A stretch of 25,692 nucleotides of DNA from the NCBI GenBank assembly GCA_046757025.1, contig JBHHXN010000065.1, positions 1 through 25,692 of the forward strand, written 5' to 3'. This DNA is from a bacterium (GTDB lineage Bacteria > Zhuqueibacterota > Zhuqueibacteria > Oceanimicrobiales > Oceanimicrobiaceae). Below, in pieces: positions 9,263-18,700 of the stretch. Each line of letters begins with the position of its first letter. The stretch's first letter is position 1. The notes beneath the pieces are model-generated. The model saw only the letters and a program-made list of their open reading frames with translations. It was not told the origin of the DNA and made no database searches. The position numbers and the translations under genes were made by a program.

Positions 9263-10682
9263 GTTCAGCTTGATTTGGAATGGCGATTTTATTTCGAATG
9301 CGGGCGATCTGAGCACGCAATCGGCTTCGTTCCAACTCTGCAATGCGAGCGAGCAGGACATTCTGCATGGAAGCGACCTTCGCCGAATGCGATGCATACA
9401 AGTTTTTTGTCTCCATCGGATCTTCCAAAAAATTGTAAAGAGCAAACTGTTTCGTGGCGGTGTCGAAAGTTAATTTCCAGTGCCGATTGCGGCAGGCATA
9501 CATTTTTGGCAGCAGTTCTGTGTTGAGTAAATTTTGATCGACCGGCGTGTGGTTTTGATGAACATAACTCGCTTCTGCAAAAACCCGCTGGCGAGGCTGG
9601 GCAGCCGCATGCCACGCGTGATGCAAAAATCCGTCATTTTCAAAGCGGTTTTCAAGCCCGAGTAGCTCCAGAACCGTGGGCGCCAATTGCGAAAGACTCA
9701 CCAGATCATGACAGCGCTCGCCGGCTTGATTATGGGCCAGCTTCACGATCAAAGGTACGCGTAGCAGCTCATCGAACAGTTTTGACTTATGCTGCAAGTC
9801 GCCGTGCTCGAGAAATTCTTCTCCATGGTCTGCGGTGAATATCAGGTGCGTGGAATCAAAAATGTGCCCTTTCTTCAGAAAATCCAACAGCTCCCCAATT
9901 TTATTATCGAGTTGGCGCACGGCCGCATCGTAGAGATGAACCGTGGCCTGCAAAGCCTCCGGCGTCAGCGCCATGTTTTCGCGCACTTGCTGGTTGAGGC
10001 GGCGGTTTTCCGTTTTTGAAATGAAGACGCCGTCCATTTGTTCTTGCGCTTCCCTCTGCGGCAAGTAGGGATAGTGCGTGTCCATGTAGTGCACCCAGAG
10101 AAAAAACGGTTCCGATCGAATTGCATCGATGACATCGAAAATCCGGGCGTTGATTTCCGTTTCCAGGCAGGCTTTTTGATGAATGCTTTCTTCGGAGATC
10201 AAATAACGGTTGAGATCAAATTGCGGTTCGGAAATCACAGATGACGGCCATCTCTCTGATTGTTCCGAATCCCCGTCGGCATGAGAGGTTGGCGATGGCT
10301 TCGCGGCCGGGCTGAGATCATCCAGGAAATCGTAAAATTCATCAAATCCACGCTGGTAATGAAACCATCTCGAAACATAGGGATTGGCGGCGTTCAATGC
10401 GAGCGTCCGGTAGCCCGCCATTTTCAGCGCCTCTGCCAGCGTCAGCGGTGCATCAAACAACCCCAACCGGGCATACCGCAACGGACTGTGTGAAGCCAGG
10501 ATACCCGGAAAAGCATGCGGTGTATTAGGCCCGCACGAAAACGCTTGCGTGTAAAGCCAGCCCGACCCGGCTAGAGCATCGAGATTGGGCGAAGTGGGCT
10601 GGCGGTACCCGTAACAGCTTAAATGGTCCGCGCGCAAGGAATCCACGGTGATCAAAATGAGGTTGGCGGGTTTGCTTTCCAT
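9240..10682 (-). CDS. Sulfatase-like hydrolase/transferase (alkaline phosphatase superfamily)
   Basis: NLILITVDSLRADHL, FLWVHYMDTHYPY, TADHGE and VPLIV motifs; no canonical CxPxR. Confidence 0.88.
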   Translation of the reverse strand: MESKPANLILITVDSLRADHLSCYGYRQPTSPNLDALAGSGWLYTQAFSCGPNTPHAFPGILASHSPLRYARLGLFDAPLTLAEALKMAGYRTLALNAANPYVSRWFHYQRGFDEFYDFLDDLSPAAKPSPTSHADGDSEQSERWPSSVISEPQFDLNRYLISEESIHQKACLETEINARIFDVIDAIRSEPFFLWVHYMDTHYPYLPQREAQEQMDGVFISKTENRRLNQQVRENMALTPEALQATVHLYDAAVRQLDNKIGELLDFLKKGHIFDSTHLIFTADHGEEFLEHGDLQHKSKLFDELLRVPLIVKLAHNQAGERCHDLVSLSQLAPTVLELLGLENRFENDGFLHHAWHAAAQPRQRVFAEASYVHQNHTPVDQNLLNTELLPKMYACRNRHWKLTFDTATKQFALYNFLEDPMETKNLYASHSAKVASMQNVLLARIAELERSRLRAQIARIRNKIAIPNQAEHALRISF

Positions 10683-10894
10683 TATAAATAGCCCAGATCT
10701 CGTAATCGCAGTTTGATGACTTCTTCCGCCTGCCGGGAGTCGTTCGATTCCACATCGCCGGACAGCATCTCCTGCAAAACAAAATTCACGTAATCGGCCA
10801 CCGACTGGAATTGGGTGGATTGCGCCACGATTTTTTCGATTTCCTCGTAATGGAATTTTAAAATGGGCACCCGGCGATATTTTTCTTCAGTCAT
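10682..10894 (-). CDS. Small CopG/ribbon-helix-helix-like protein ending in RLRDLGYL
   Basis: 70 aa from ATG 10894, overlapping both neighbours; FQSVADYVNFVLQEML helix pattern. Confidence 0.75.
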   Translation of the reverse strand: MTEEKYRRVPILKFHYEEIEKIVAQSTQFQSVADYVNFVLQEMLSGDVESNDSRQAEEVIKLRLRDLGYL

Positions 10895-12035
10895 CCTGCT
10901 GCTCCATTTTGGTTTCACCAAATTCTTCAATGGCCTGGATCATGCATTGCCAGGAATACTTTTTCTTTTCCCGTTGCACGTTTTGCACGAATTCCTGTTC
11001 CCGAGCTTGTTTATAAAATTGCACAACCGCCTGCGCCAATTTAGTCGGGTTTTCTGGCTCCACCACCAAACCGGTTTTTTCATGCACCACCACTTCGGCC
11101 AGTCCGCCAACGTCGGTGACGATGCAGGGCTTGTTGAGATGATAAGCGATCTGCACGATGCCGCTCTGGGTGGCGGATTTGTAAGGCAGCACCACCACAT
11201 CCGCGGCGGAAAAGTACACACTGACCTGTCGATTAGCCACAAATTCAGCGTGAATCCGCACATGATTTACCAGGCCGTATTCCGCAATCAGGCTCCGGTA
11301 CTTTTCTTGGTCTTCATAAAACTCCCCTACCACCAGCAATTTCAGCTTCACCTTTTTCAATATCCCCGGCATGGCCCGCAGAAGTAAATCCAGTCCCTTG
11401 TAAGCCCTCACATATCCAAAAAATAAGATGACTTTTTCGTCCGGCAAATCGAGCTGTTTTTTAGCAGTGACTTTGTCCATCGCCTGACCAAAAATTTCAT
11501 AAACCGGATGCGGAACGAGTCTGTACCTGGCATTAGGACACAGCGAAAGGAGCTGCGATTTCACCACTTCGGACTGTACTATGAAGCCGTCTGCCTCTCT
11601 AAAGGCGAATTTCGTCAGGACCACATCCCCGATCCTCCTCTCATGCGGGATGATGTTGTGGCACAGATACACGATTCGGGTGGGCGCCCGTCTTTTGACC
11701 AGCCAGGCGATGCTGCCAAAACACAGCGCAAAAAACGGCATCCAGTAATTGATGAGCAGCAAATGCGGTTGAGCTTTTCTGATCAGCTTAAATGCGCGGT
11801 ACCAGCTCAGCGGTCCGATGGAATCCAGCAGTGGCCGGGTGTCGATTTTGACGGATGCGTCTCCGCTGCAGTCGAGCTGAGTTTTGCCCGGAAACAATAA
11901 TTTGGGATACTGCCGTTTGAACGTGATCACTTCGACCTCATGTTTTCTTTGCAGCAGTTTTTGCGTCATAATGCCTGTATGTTGAGCGATGCCGCCGCGT
12001 AACGGATAGGCTGCTGAGATTACGGTAATCTTCAT
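10887..12035 (-). CDS. Glycosyltransferase family 4 (GT-B)
   Basis: YPLRGGIA, LFFGYVRAYKGLD, LPYKSATQSG and TDVGGLAE motifs. Confidence 0.93.
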   Translation of the reverse strand: MKITVISAAYPLRGGIAQHTGIMTQKLLQRKHEVEVITFKRQYPKLLFPGKTQLDCSGDASVKIDTRPLLDSIGPLSWYRAFKLIRKAQPHLLLINYWMPFFALCFGSIAWLVKRRAPTRIVYLCHNIIPHERRIGDVVLTKFAFREADGFIVQSEVVKSQLLSLCPNARYRLVPHPVYEIFGQAMDKVTAKKQLDLPDEKVILFFGYVRAYKGLDLLLRAMPGILKKVKLKLLVVGEFYEDQEKYRSLIAEYGLVNHVRIHAEFVANRQVSVYFSAADVVVLPYKSATQSGIVQIAYHLNKPCIVTDVGGLAEVVVHEKTGLVVEPENPTKLAQAVVQFYKQAREQEFVQNVQREKKKYSWQCMIQAIEEFGETKMEQQDD

Positions 12036-12577
12036 TTTATATCAAGTGCCCGGGGTAAATCCTGAAGCGAATTGATAATCAGATCGGCCTGGGTGTGGGT
12101 CGAGCTGTCATATTCTGTGGCAATCAAAACGTTGGTACCCACGCCGGCGTTGATTCCCGCCTCGATATCGCTTTCATTATCACCTACTAAAATACTTTCT
12201 TGCAGATTCAACTGAAATTCATCGCGCGCTTTCAATATCATGCCCGGATTGGGCTTTCGGTCAAAGGAGATTTTTTTGTAGTCTCCCACCCCGGCAGTGG
12301 GGTGAAAGGGACAAAAATAGGTTTTTGCAATTTTCACACTGCGCTTTTTAAATTCATCGTCCATCCAATGGGTGAGCCGCCAGAAATCCTCTTCGGTATA
12401 GTAGCCGCGGCCGATGCCGGCCTGATTGGTCACCACGATGAGCAAGAAGCCCCGATCCTGAAATAATCGGCAGGTTTCGAAAATGCCCGGCAAAAATTCC
12501 ACATCTTCTGTTTTGAACAGATAATTGATTTCTTTGTTGATCACGCCGTCGCGATCTAACAGCAGAGCTTTATTCAT
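12032..12577 (-). CDS. gmhB: D-glycero-D-manno-heptose 1,7-bisphosphate phosphatase (HAD family)
   Basis: LDRDGVIN, VTNQAGIGRG, CPFHP, RKPNPGM and VGDNESD motifs. Confidence 0.92.
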   Translation of the reverse strand: MNKALLLDRDGVINKEINYLFKTEDVEFLPGIFETCRLFQDRGFLLIVVTNQAGIGRGYYTEEDFWRLTHWMDDEFKKRSVKIAKTYFCPFHPTAGVGDYKKISFDRKPNPGMILKARDEFQLNLQESILVGDNESDIEAGINAGVGTNVLIATEYDSSTHTQADLIINSLQDLPRALDIK

Positions 12578-13277
12578 ATCTCCTCATTTCAATCTGCGCT
12601 TTTTCATAATCTTCTGGAATGCCAATATCGATAAAATAAGCGTTTGAAATGCAGGCGTGAATTTGCAGTTCACGGGTGTACTTTTTCAAGAAGTCTGCCT
12701 CGATGGAAAAATTTTGCGGCAAATTAAAACCGTCGAACAAATTCTTTTGCGCAAGGTAAACGCCGGTGTTGATGTAGCCAAACTCCACCGGCTTTTTTTC
12801 TTCAAAACTGATCACCCGCGACGACTCGGTGCGCACGATTCCGTAGCGCGCGATATTTTGCATCGGCTTGAGCGCGATGGTTAAATCCGCCTGCTGCAGT
12901 TTATGAACACGCCATATCGTCTGCAAATCAAAATCAAAAAACGAGTCGCCGTTTAAAATCAACACCTCGTCGGTGGTGGTTTGCGTCAGTGCTTTTCGGA
13001 TGCCGCCGCCGGTCCCCAGGGGCTCGGATTCCATTGAATAGTCTATTTCAAGATCATGATAGCTTGTGCCGTAATAGTCCTCAATTTTGTGGTGTAAGTG
13101 GCCGGTGGCCAGAACCACTCTTTTGATTCCGGCTCGGCGCAGGTGATTTAAAAGGTAATTCAAAAACGGCTGGCCATTGACCGGTGCCAGGGGTTTCGGC
13201 AAGTCTGCCACCGCGGTTTGTAAGCGCGTGCCCAGCCCGCCGGCGAGGATGATGGTGTCAAGTTGTTGTTTTACCAT
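12570..13277 (-). CDS. hddC: Sugar-phosphate nucleotidyltransferase, HddC-like (heptose-1-phosphate guanylyltransferase)
   Basis: ILAGGLGTRL...PKPLAPV, EPLGTGG, LNGDSF and FIDIGIPEDY; overlaps gmhB. Confidence 0.8.
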   Translation of the reverse strand: MVKQQLDTIILAGGLGTRLQTAVADLPKPLAPVNGQPFLNYLLNHLRRAGIKRVVLATGHLHHKIEDYYGTSYHDLEIDYSMESEPLGTGGGIRKALTQTTTDEVLILNGDSFFDFDLQTIWRVHKLQQADLTIALKPMQNIARYGIVRTESSRVISFEEKKPVEFGYINTGVYLAQKNLFDGFNLPQNFSIEADFLKKYTRELQIHACISNAYFIDIGIPEDYEKAQIEMRRYE

Positions 13278-13464
13278 TTACAATTTCGAGTGATTTAGTT
13301 AAACGATCTGAATCTTAATGATTAAAGATGAACCTTTTATTTTCAAACACTTTTATAATCATACGAACTTCCATCCCACACGGGCTTGTTTGGCAGTGTG
13401 AAAATTGTACACTACACTTGTTGCCCAGATACGGGGGAGAAATTTCATTCACGGCGATTGACAA

Positions 13465-13522
13465 TTTGAAAATTTGGAACTTTTTGTTTATTTGGGATTT
13501 GATCGTTTGTGATTTGTGAATT
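13465..13522. repeat. Degenerate ~7-nt ATTTG-type tandem repeats
   Basis: ...AATTTGGAAC...ATTTGGGATTTGATCGTTTGTGATTTGTGAATT. Confidence 0.5.
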
Positions 13523-13542
13523 ACAGCCCGGCCGTACGCGGT

Positions 13543-14499
13543 TTATTCCAACACTTTCTTAATTGAATAATCGATCTGCCCTTTGCGGCTTTCGCTGATC
13601 ATTTCGCCCAGCAAACCGATGGAAACAAACTGCACGCCGACGATGATTAGCAAAATTCCCAAAAACAGCAGTGGCCGGTTGGACAAATATTTGCCGAGAA
13701 ATATGCGTTCGAATGCCAGATAGAGACTCACCAGCGCACCCAGCAAAAAAGACATCAGGCCAGCCAATCCGAACAGGTGCAGCGGCCGTCGGGTGTAGCG
13801 CGTGATGAAAAGTACCGTGATGAGATCGAAGAAACCCGCAGTAAATCGAGAAACGCCAAATTTGGTGTGGCCGTATTTTCGCGGATGATGCTCCACTACC
13901 ACCTCGCCCACCTTGAACCCCTGCCACTGCGCCAGCGCCGGCAAAAATCGATGCAACTGCCCGTACACTTTGATATTTTCCGTGACTTCGCGCTTGTACG
14001 CTTTCAGCCCGCAGTTGATGTCGTGCAGTTTGAGTCCCGTTAAAATGCAAGTCACCCGGTTAAAAAATTTCGAGCTGACTCGTTTGATAAACGGATCCTT
14101 GCGGTGCTTTTTCCAGCCGGAAACCAGATCAAAGCCCTCTTCTAATTTCTGGATCAGATGGGGAATTTCCTTCGGATCGTCCTGTAGATCGGCGTCTAAA
14201 GTCACGATGACTTTTCCGCGCGCTTGGGCAAATCCCAACGCTAAGGCGGCTGACTTGCCGTAATTCTTACGGAATTGGAACACACGGATGGCGGCATTCT
14301 GCTGGTGAAGTTTATTCAATACAGCCATGGAGTCATCCGTGGAGCCGTCATCTACAAAAATGATTTCCAGCGGTTTTGTTAAGGTGCAGCTCACCTCCGA
14401 CAATTGCTGGTGCAGTTCATCCAGGGATTCGGCTTCGTTGAATAAAGGCACCACGATGGAAACAGCGATTTCGTTTACCAACGATTTTTTCTTATCCAA
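13543..14499 (-). CDS. Glycosyltransferase family 2, ArnC/polyprenol-phosphate glycosyltransferase-like, two C-terminal TM helices
   Basis: SIVVPLFNE, VDDGSTD, NYGKSAAL, DADLQDDP and HDINCGLKAY; TTG start. Confidence 0.93.
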   Translation of the reverse strand: MDKKKSLVNEIAVSIVVPLFNEAESLDELHQQLSEVSCTLTKPLEIIFVDDGSTDDSMAVLNKLHQQNAAIRVFQFRKNYGKSAALALGFAQARGKVIVTLDADLQDDPKEIPHLIQKLEEGFDLVSGWKKHRKDPFIKRVSSKFFNRVTCILTGLKLHDINCGLKAYKREVTENIKVYGQLHRFLPALAQWQGFKVGEVVVEHHPRKYGHTKFGVSRFTAGFFDLITVLFITRYTRRPLHLFGLAGLMSFLLGALVSLYLAFERIFLGKYLSNRPLLFLGILLIIVGVQFVSIGLLGEMISESRKGQIDYSIKKVLE

Positions 14500-14508
14500 A
14501 GCTCTTTT

Positions 14509-15354
14509 TCAATTTGGTTTGCGTTCGATCTGCGGCCGTTTTACATCGCCCCAATAAATTCGCCGGGCATTGTCAGCCACTTTCAATTTAAATTTTTTCG
14601 ATGAGATGGAGTGATTGATTTTTTGCCGGGTGTAGTACACGGTAATTTGTTCTTTTGCCAGCGGGCGCGTGAGCCAGATGTTCTGCGGCAGCACCACTCC
14701 TTTGTTTTTGCGAAAACGCCGAAACTTTTTCGTCTGCACTACCTGGCCCTGCGCATTCAACAACTGACTCCGGGTCACCACGTATTTCCTGGCGTCGATC
14801 CAATACTTGATTTTTCCGTGGTATTTGCGCGTGGTTATTAAAAATTTACCATCGTTGATTTGTAGCGTTGACGAGCTGTCCACCACCACCTGAATCAAAC
14901 CGGTTAAGACTTCCAATAGCTCGTCTGTTTCCAGTTCAATTTGTAGAAAATCACGCAAATCCAGCAGCTCGATTTCTCCGTAATACAACTCGTTTTCACG
15001 CGGGGCATAGGCGCCAAATTTTTTCTTATCCACAAACAACGCGCCGATGTCGATACCTAACATGGCTTCGGTTTTCACGAAAACGGAGTCTGGGAATTTG
15101 ATGAATATTTGTGAATAGCCGTTATAGCCGTTGCCGGGCAATTCAATGATCACCCGCGCCTGGCCTTCAAAACTGTTTAGATTTTGAAAATTACGAGCAA
15201 CCCTTTTTTGAATAGTCGAAGGCGAGATGCTGGATAAATCGGGAATTTTACTTTTAGAGGATGTTGCGCAACCGATGGGCGTGACGCACAACAAAATGAA
15301 ACACACGAATTGAAATATATGAGACCGCTGCCACCAGAATTTTGTTTTCACCAA
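14509..15354 (-). CDS. DUF4292/LolB-like predicted lipoprotein
   Basis: Hydrophobic signal ending in a lipobox-like TPIGC; PDS...LGI pattern; lies directly downstream of a TPR gene, as recalled for FCB genomes; start uncertain. Confidence 0.7.
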   Translation of the reverse strand: MVKTKFWWQRSHIFQFVCFILLCVTPIGCATSSKSKIPDLSSISPSTIQKRVARNFQNLNSFEGQARVIIELPGNGYNGYSQIFIKFPDSVFVKTEAMLGIDIGALFVDKKKFGAYAPRENELYYGEIELLDLRDFLQIELETDELLEVLTGLIQVVVDSSSTLQINDGKFLITTRKYHGKIKYWIDARKYVVTRSQLLNAQGQVVQTKKFRRFRKNKGVVLPQNIWLTRPLAKEQITVYYTRQKINHSISSKKFKLKVADNARRIYWGDVKRPQIERKPN

Positions 15355-15375
15355 TAGAATGATTTTATTTTTTGC

Positions 15376-17085
15376 CTAATTGCTTTTGAGTTTTAAAAGC
15401 ACGCTTTCACGTTCCGGTTCCAATTCCACCGCTTTTTTCCAGTACTGAATGGCCTGCTGCAATTGTCCTAATTTTTCATAAACGTGCCCGAGATGTTCCA
15501 AGACCTCGGCGGAAGTATCCCGTATTTCAACGGATTTTTTGATGTAGTTCAGAGCTTTTTCGTACTCGCCCATTTTATAATATACCCAACCGATGGTATC
15601 TAAAAACGCGCCGTTTTCGGGATCCGCCTCCAGCGCTTTGTTTACCATTTCCAGAGCTTCCTCCAAGCGCTCCCCTCTCTCCGACAAACTGTAACTGTAA
15701 TTGTTTAATATGGTGCTGTTGTCAGGATCGATTTCCAGTGCTTTTTCGTAATACTCGGTGCTCTTTTCGATCTCCCCCATTTCCTCAAAAACCGCCGCCA
15801 GCGTGCCTACTGTGATAGCGTTGTCCGGTGCGCTGCGCATGGAAATTTCTAAAAATTTCACCGCCTCTTTATAATTCTTGTTCTGAAAAAGCAGGTTGCC
15901 CAGATAAAAATTCGTACCGGGATGCGCCGGCGCTAATTTCTGAGCCTGCCGCAATTTGGCCTCGGCTTCCTGGAGATCGCCGTGCTGCTGCAAGGACAGG
16001 CCGAGTCGAAACCAGACATCCGGAATGGTATTGTTTAAATCCAGGGTCTTTCGCAAATAATGGATGCTCTTTTCGTAGTTTCGCGCCATGAAATAAATCT
16101 GACCCAATTTATAAAAAATGCGCCAGTCATGGGAATGGGTATGAGTTAATTCGGTAAAAATCTCCAGTGCGCGAGCGGTATCGCCTTTGTCATAATATAA
16201 CTCCGCCATTCGAATGGTGGACAAAATTTCCGCGCTGTCGCCCTGGGCATCCTGTTGATAAATTTCAATGGCTTCATCCCATCGGTGTAAATCCACCAAA
16301 AGTTGCGTAAGCTCTTCCCGAACGTTGACAAAATCAGTATGTTCGTCGTAGATTTCTCTGTACCATTTCAGCGCCGCCGAGGTGTCTTTTTGTGCCAAGT
16401 AGATCATGCCAACTGCCAGAAAACCCTGCTCATCCTGGGGATAATCGCGAATGTACTGTCTGAACACTCTCAAAGCATCTCCGTAGGATTTTTCTTTGTA
16501 ATACAAATTCCCGAGCTGAAACTGAATCTCTTCATTGGCCAGATTCAGGTTGATGAGATTTTCGTATAATTTAGCTGCTTCGGCGGTTTTATCCTGCGAG
16601 AGATAGATGGCGGCCAGATTGAGATGGGCGTCGATGTTGGTAGAATCCAGTCGGATGATGGTAGCATACTGTTTTTCCGCCAGCTCGATATCGCCTTTAC
16701 GGTGATAAATCGTGGCCAGCAGTTGATGGCTTTCGAGATAGTCCGCATCCAGCGCGATGCTGCGTTTAAGCATTTCAATGGCGCTGTCTATTTTTCGAAG
16801 ATAAATATATTCCTTTGCGATGGATTGACAAATGGATGCCGAGTTTGGTTCGTAAAGAAGCGCTTCGTTAAAGGATGCAAGCGCTTTCGCGTACTCCCCG
16901 TTCAAATCATAGATAGTCCCTTGAATGACCAGGTCCATGGCTTTGGGATGGTATTTGGTTTTTGATTCTGAACGGTTTTTTTTCGTTTGCTCTTTTATGC
17001 TAAAAGGTGCGGCTGAGGCCGGTTCTACCATGCCCGCCAGCACCCAAACAGTGATAAACAATAGATGAATCAATCTGAATTGCAT
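15376..17085 (-). CDS. Exported tetratricopeptide-repeat protein
   Basis: Many TPR units; C-terminal LNNYSYSL...FLDTIGWVYY...EHLGHVY; start placed at ATG 17085, 7 nt after a GGAG. Confidence 0.92.
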   Translation of the reverse strand: MQFRLIHLLFITVWVLAGMVEPASAAPFSIKEQTKKNRSESKTKYHPKAMDLVIQGTIYDLNGEYAKALASFNEALLYEPNSASICQSIAKEYIYLRKIDSAIEMLKRSIALDADYLESHQLLATIYHRKGDIELAEKQYATIIRLDSTNIDAHLNLAAIYLSQDKTAEAAKLYENLINLNLANEEIQFQLGNLYYKEKSYGDALRVFRQYIRDYPQDEQGFLAVGMIYLAQKDTSAALKWYREIYDEHTDFVNVREELTQLLVDLHRWDEAIEIYQQDAQGDSAEILSTIRMAELYYDKGDTARALEIFTELTHTHSHDWRIFYKLGQIYFMARNYEKSIHYLRKTLDLNNTIPDVWFRLGLSLQQHGDLQEAEAKLRQAQKLAPAHPGTNFYLGNLLFQNKNYKEAVKFLEISMRSAPDNAITVGTLAAVFEEMGEIEKSTEYYEKALEIDPDNSTILNNYSYSLSERGERLEEALEMVNKALEADPENGAFLDTIGWVYYKMGEYEKALNYIKKSVEIRDTSAEVLEHLGHVYEKLGQLQQAIQYWKKAVELEPERESVLLKLKSN

Positions 17086-17161
17086 CAACATACTCCAATA
17101 TTTTGAACGTGCTAATATACCATAATTTTTGGATAAATCCAATAAAAATTTACTCTAACCC

Positions 17162-17190
17162 TTGACTCCATTCGCATTTATTGTTATTTT
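17162..17190 (+). promoter_or_regulatory. Putative sigma70-type promoter with extended -10
   Basis: TTGACT-17 nt-TATTTT with TG just upstream of the -10. Confidence 0.4.
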
Positions 17191-17195
17191 ATGGC

Positions 17196-17320
17196 AACGG
17201 TTCATCCTGTTTTGTCATCCCGCAGGGATCTTGTTTGTTTTTTAGCGTTTATTTGTTTGGATGAATAATTCTCAGATTCAATAAATATCTGTCAATTGTG
17301 GGATGACAGGCTGAACCGTT
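17196..17320. mobile_element. MITE-like element: 15-bp outer inverted repeats enclosing a GTCATCCC...GGGATGAC pair
   Basis: AACGGTTCATCCTGT / ACAGGCTGAACCGTT (14/15 match); inner TGTCATCCCGCA / TGTGGGATGACA; no clear target duplication. Confidence 0.55.
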
Positions 17321-17537
17321 ACATTTCATGTTTAACAATTCGGTCGTTTCATTGATGACTCTGTTGATTAAGTCCATTTTTCCAGCGATCTTCTCATGAG
17401 TCCCCATGTCAATTCGGGAAAACATGCTTTCGCCAGAATTCCGGACTTTTCGTTCAATCACTGATCAGCATCAAATATAATTCACCGTATGGGTTCCACT
17501 TACCCAATTTAATTAAATCCATACATGAGGTGCAAAA

Positions 17538-18605
17538 ATGAAAAGAACAGATAAAAACAGCATCCGGGAAACATTGATCGGGGTCCTTCTGGTCTCGTTT
17601 CTCATGATTAATCCGCCGACCATATTTACTCAGCCGGCGTCGCAGCCAACATTCGGACTCGTCATTCACGGTGGCGCCGGCACCATCACCAAAGAAAATA
17701 TGACGCCGGCGCTGGAAGAAGCTTATCGCGCCAAAATGAAGGAAGCGTTGCTGGTGGGCTACAAAATTCTCAGCAACGGCGGCAGCAGTCTGGATGCCGT
17801 GGAAAAAGTCATCAACATCATGGAAGACTCGCCGCTGTTCAACGCCGGCAAAGGCGCGGTTTTCACCAGCGACGGCAGCCACGAGCTGGACGCCTCCATC
17901 ATGGACGGCAAAACGCTGCAGGCGGGAACGATTGCCGGGGTGAAACACATCAAAAATCCCATTAGCCTGGCGCGACTGGTCATGGAAAAATCGCCGCATG
18001 TCATGCTGGTGGGCCAGGGCGCGGAAGATTTCGCCGCCCTGCACAACATGCAGAAAGTATCTCAGTACTACTTTTACACCGAAAGAAGATGGCAGCAATT
18101 GCAGAAACAAAAAGAAGCGGAAACCCAGGAATCCGAAAGCACTAAACGCGAAATGCAGGAAAAAAAATACGAGAAGCACGCAGACAAATCCAAAGGTACC
18201 GTCGGCTGCGCGGCGCTGGACAAAAACGGCAATTTAGCAGCCGGTACTTCCACCGGCGGCATGTCCAACAAACATTACGGCCGGGTTGGCGACTCCCCCA
18301 TCATCGGCGCCGGCACCTATGCCAACAACCAAACCTGCGCCATATCCGCTACCGGCAGCGGCGAGTATTTCATGCGCCTGCTGGTAACTCACGATATTCA
18401 CGCGCTCATGGCTTACCAAAACCTGTCTTTGCAGGAAGCAGCCCGTAAAGTGATCAGGGAAAAACTCACCGAACTCGGCGGCACCGGCGGCATTATCTCC
18501 ATCGACAAAAACGGCAACATCGCCATGCCGTTTAATACCAAAGGCATGTACCGCGGTTATGTGCGTAACAACGGGCAACCCGTGGTGAAGATTTATCAAG
18601 ATTAA
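17538..18605 (+). CDS. iaaA: Isoaspartyl peptidase/L-asparaginase (type 2, Ntn hydrolase) with signal peptide
   Basis: IHGGAG, EDSPLFNAGKGAV, autocleavage site GTVG, TSTGG, GRVGDSPIIGAG and TGSGE; GAGG RBS. Confidence 0.92.
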   Translation: MKRTDKNSIRETLIGVLLVSFLMINPPTIFTQPASQPTFGLVIHGGAGTITKENMTPALEEAYRAKMKEALLVGYKILSNGGSSLDAVEKVINIMEDSPLFNAGKGAVFTSDGSHELDASIMDGKTLQAGTIAGVKHIKNPISLARLVMEKSPHVMLVGQGAEDFAALHNMQKVSQYYFYTERRWQQLQKQKEAETQESESTKREMQEKKYEKHADKSKGTVGCAALDKNGNLAAGTSTGGMSNKHYGRVGDSPIIGAGTYANNQTCAISATGSGEYFMRLLVTHDIHALMAYQNLSLQEAARKVIREKLTELGGTGGIISIDKNGNIAMPFNTKGMYRGYVRNNGQPVVKIYQD

Positions 18606-18700
18606 GGCCCGATCATTTCTAACACCCAAAACCCGCGATTGGCTTTTAGCTTTTGACCATGGGTATTAAATGTTTGGGAACGTACATTGAGACTATCCTT

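Noticed and set aside
9263..9445. N-terminal extension of the methyltransferase ORF
   Set aside because: Overlaps the sulfatase-like gene by more than 180 nt and looks non-coding; ATG 9262 is the better start.
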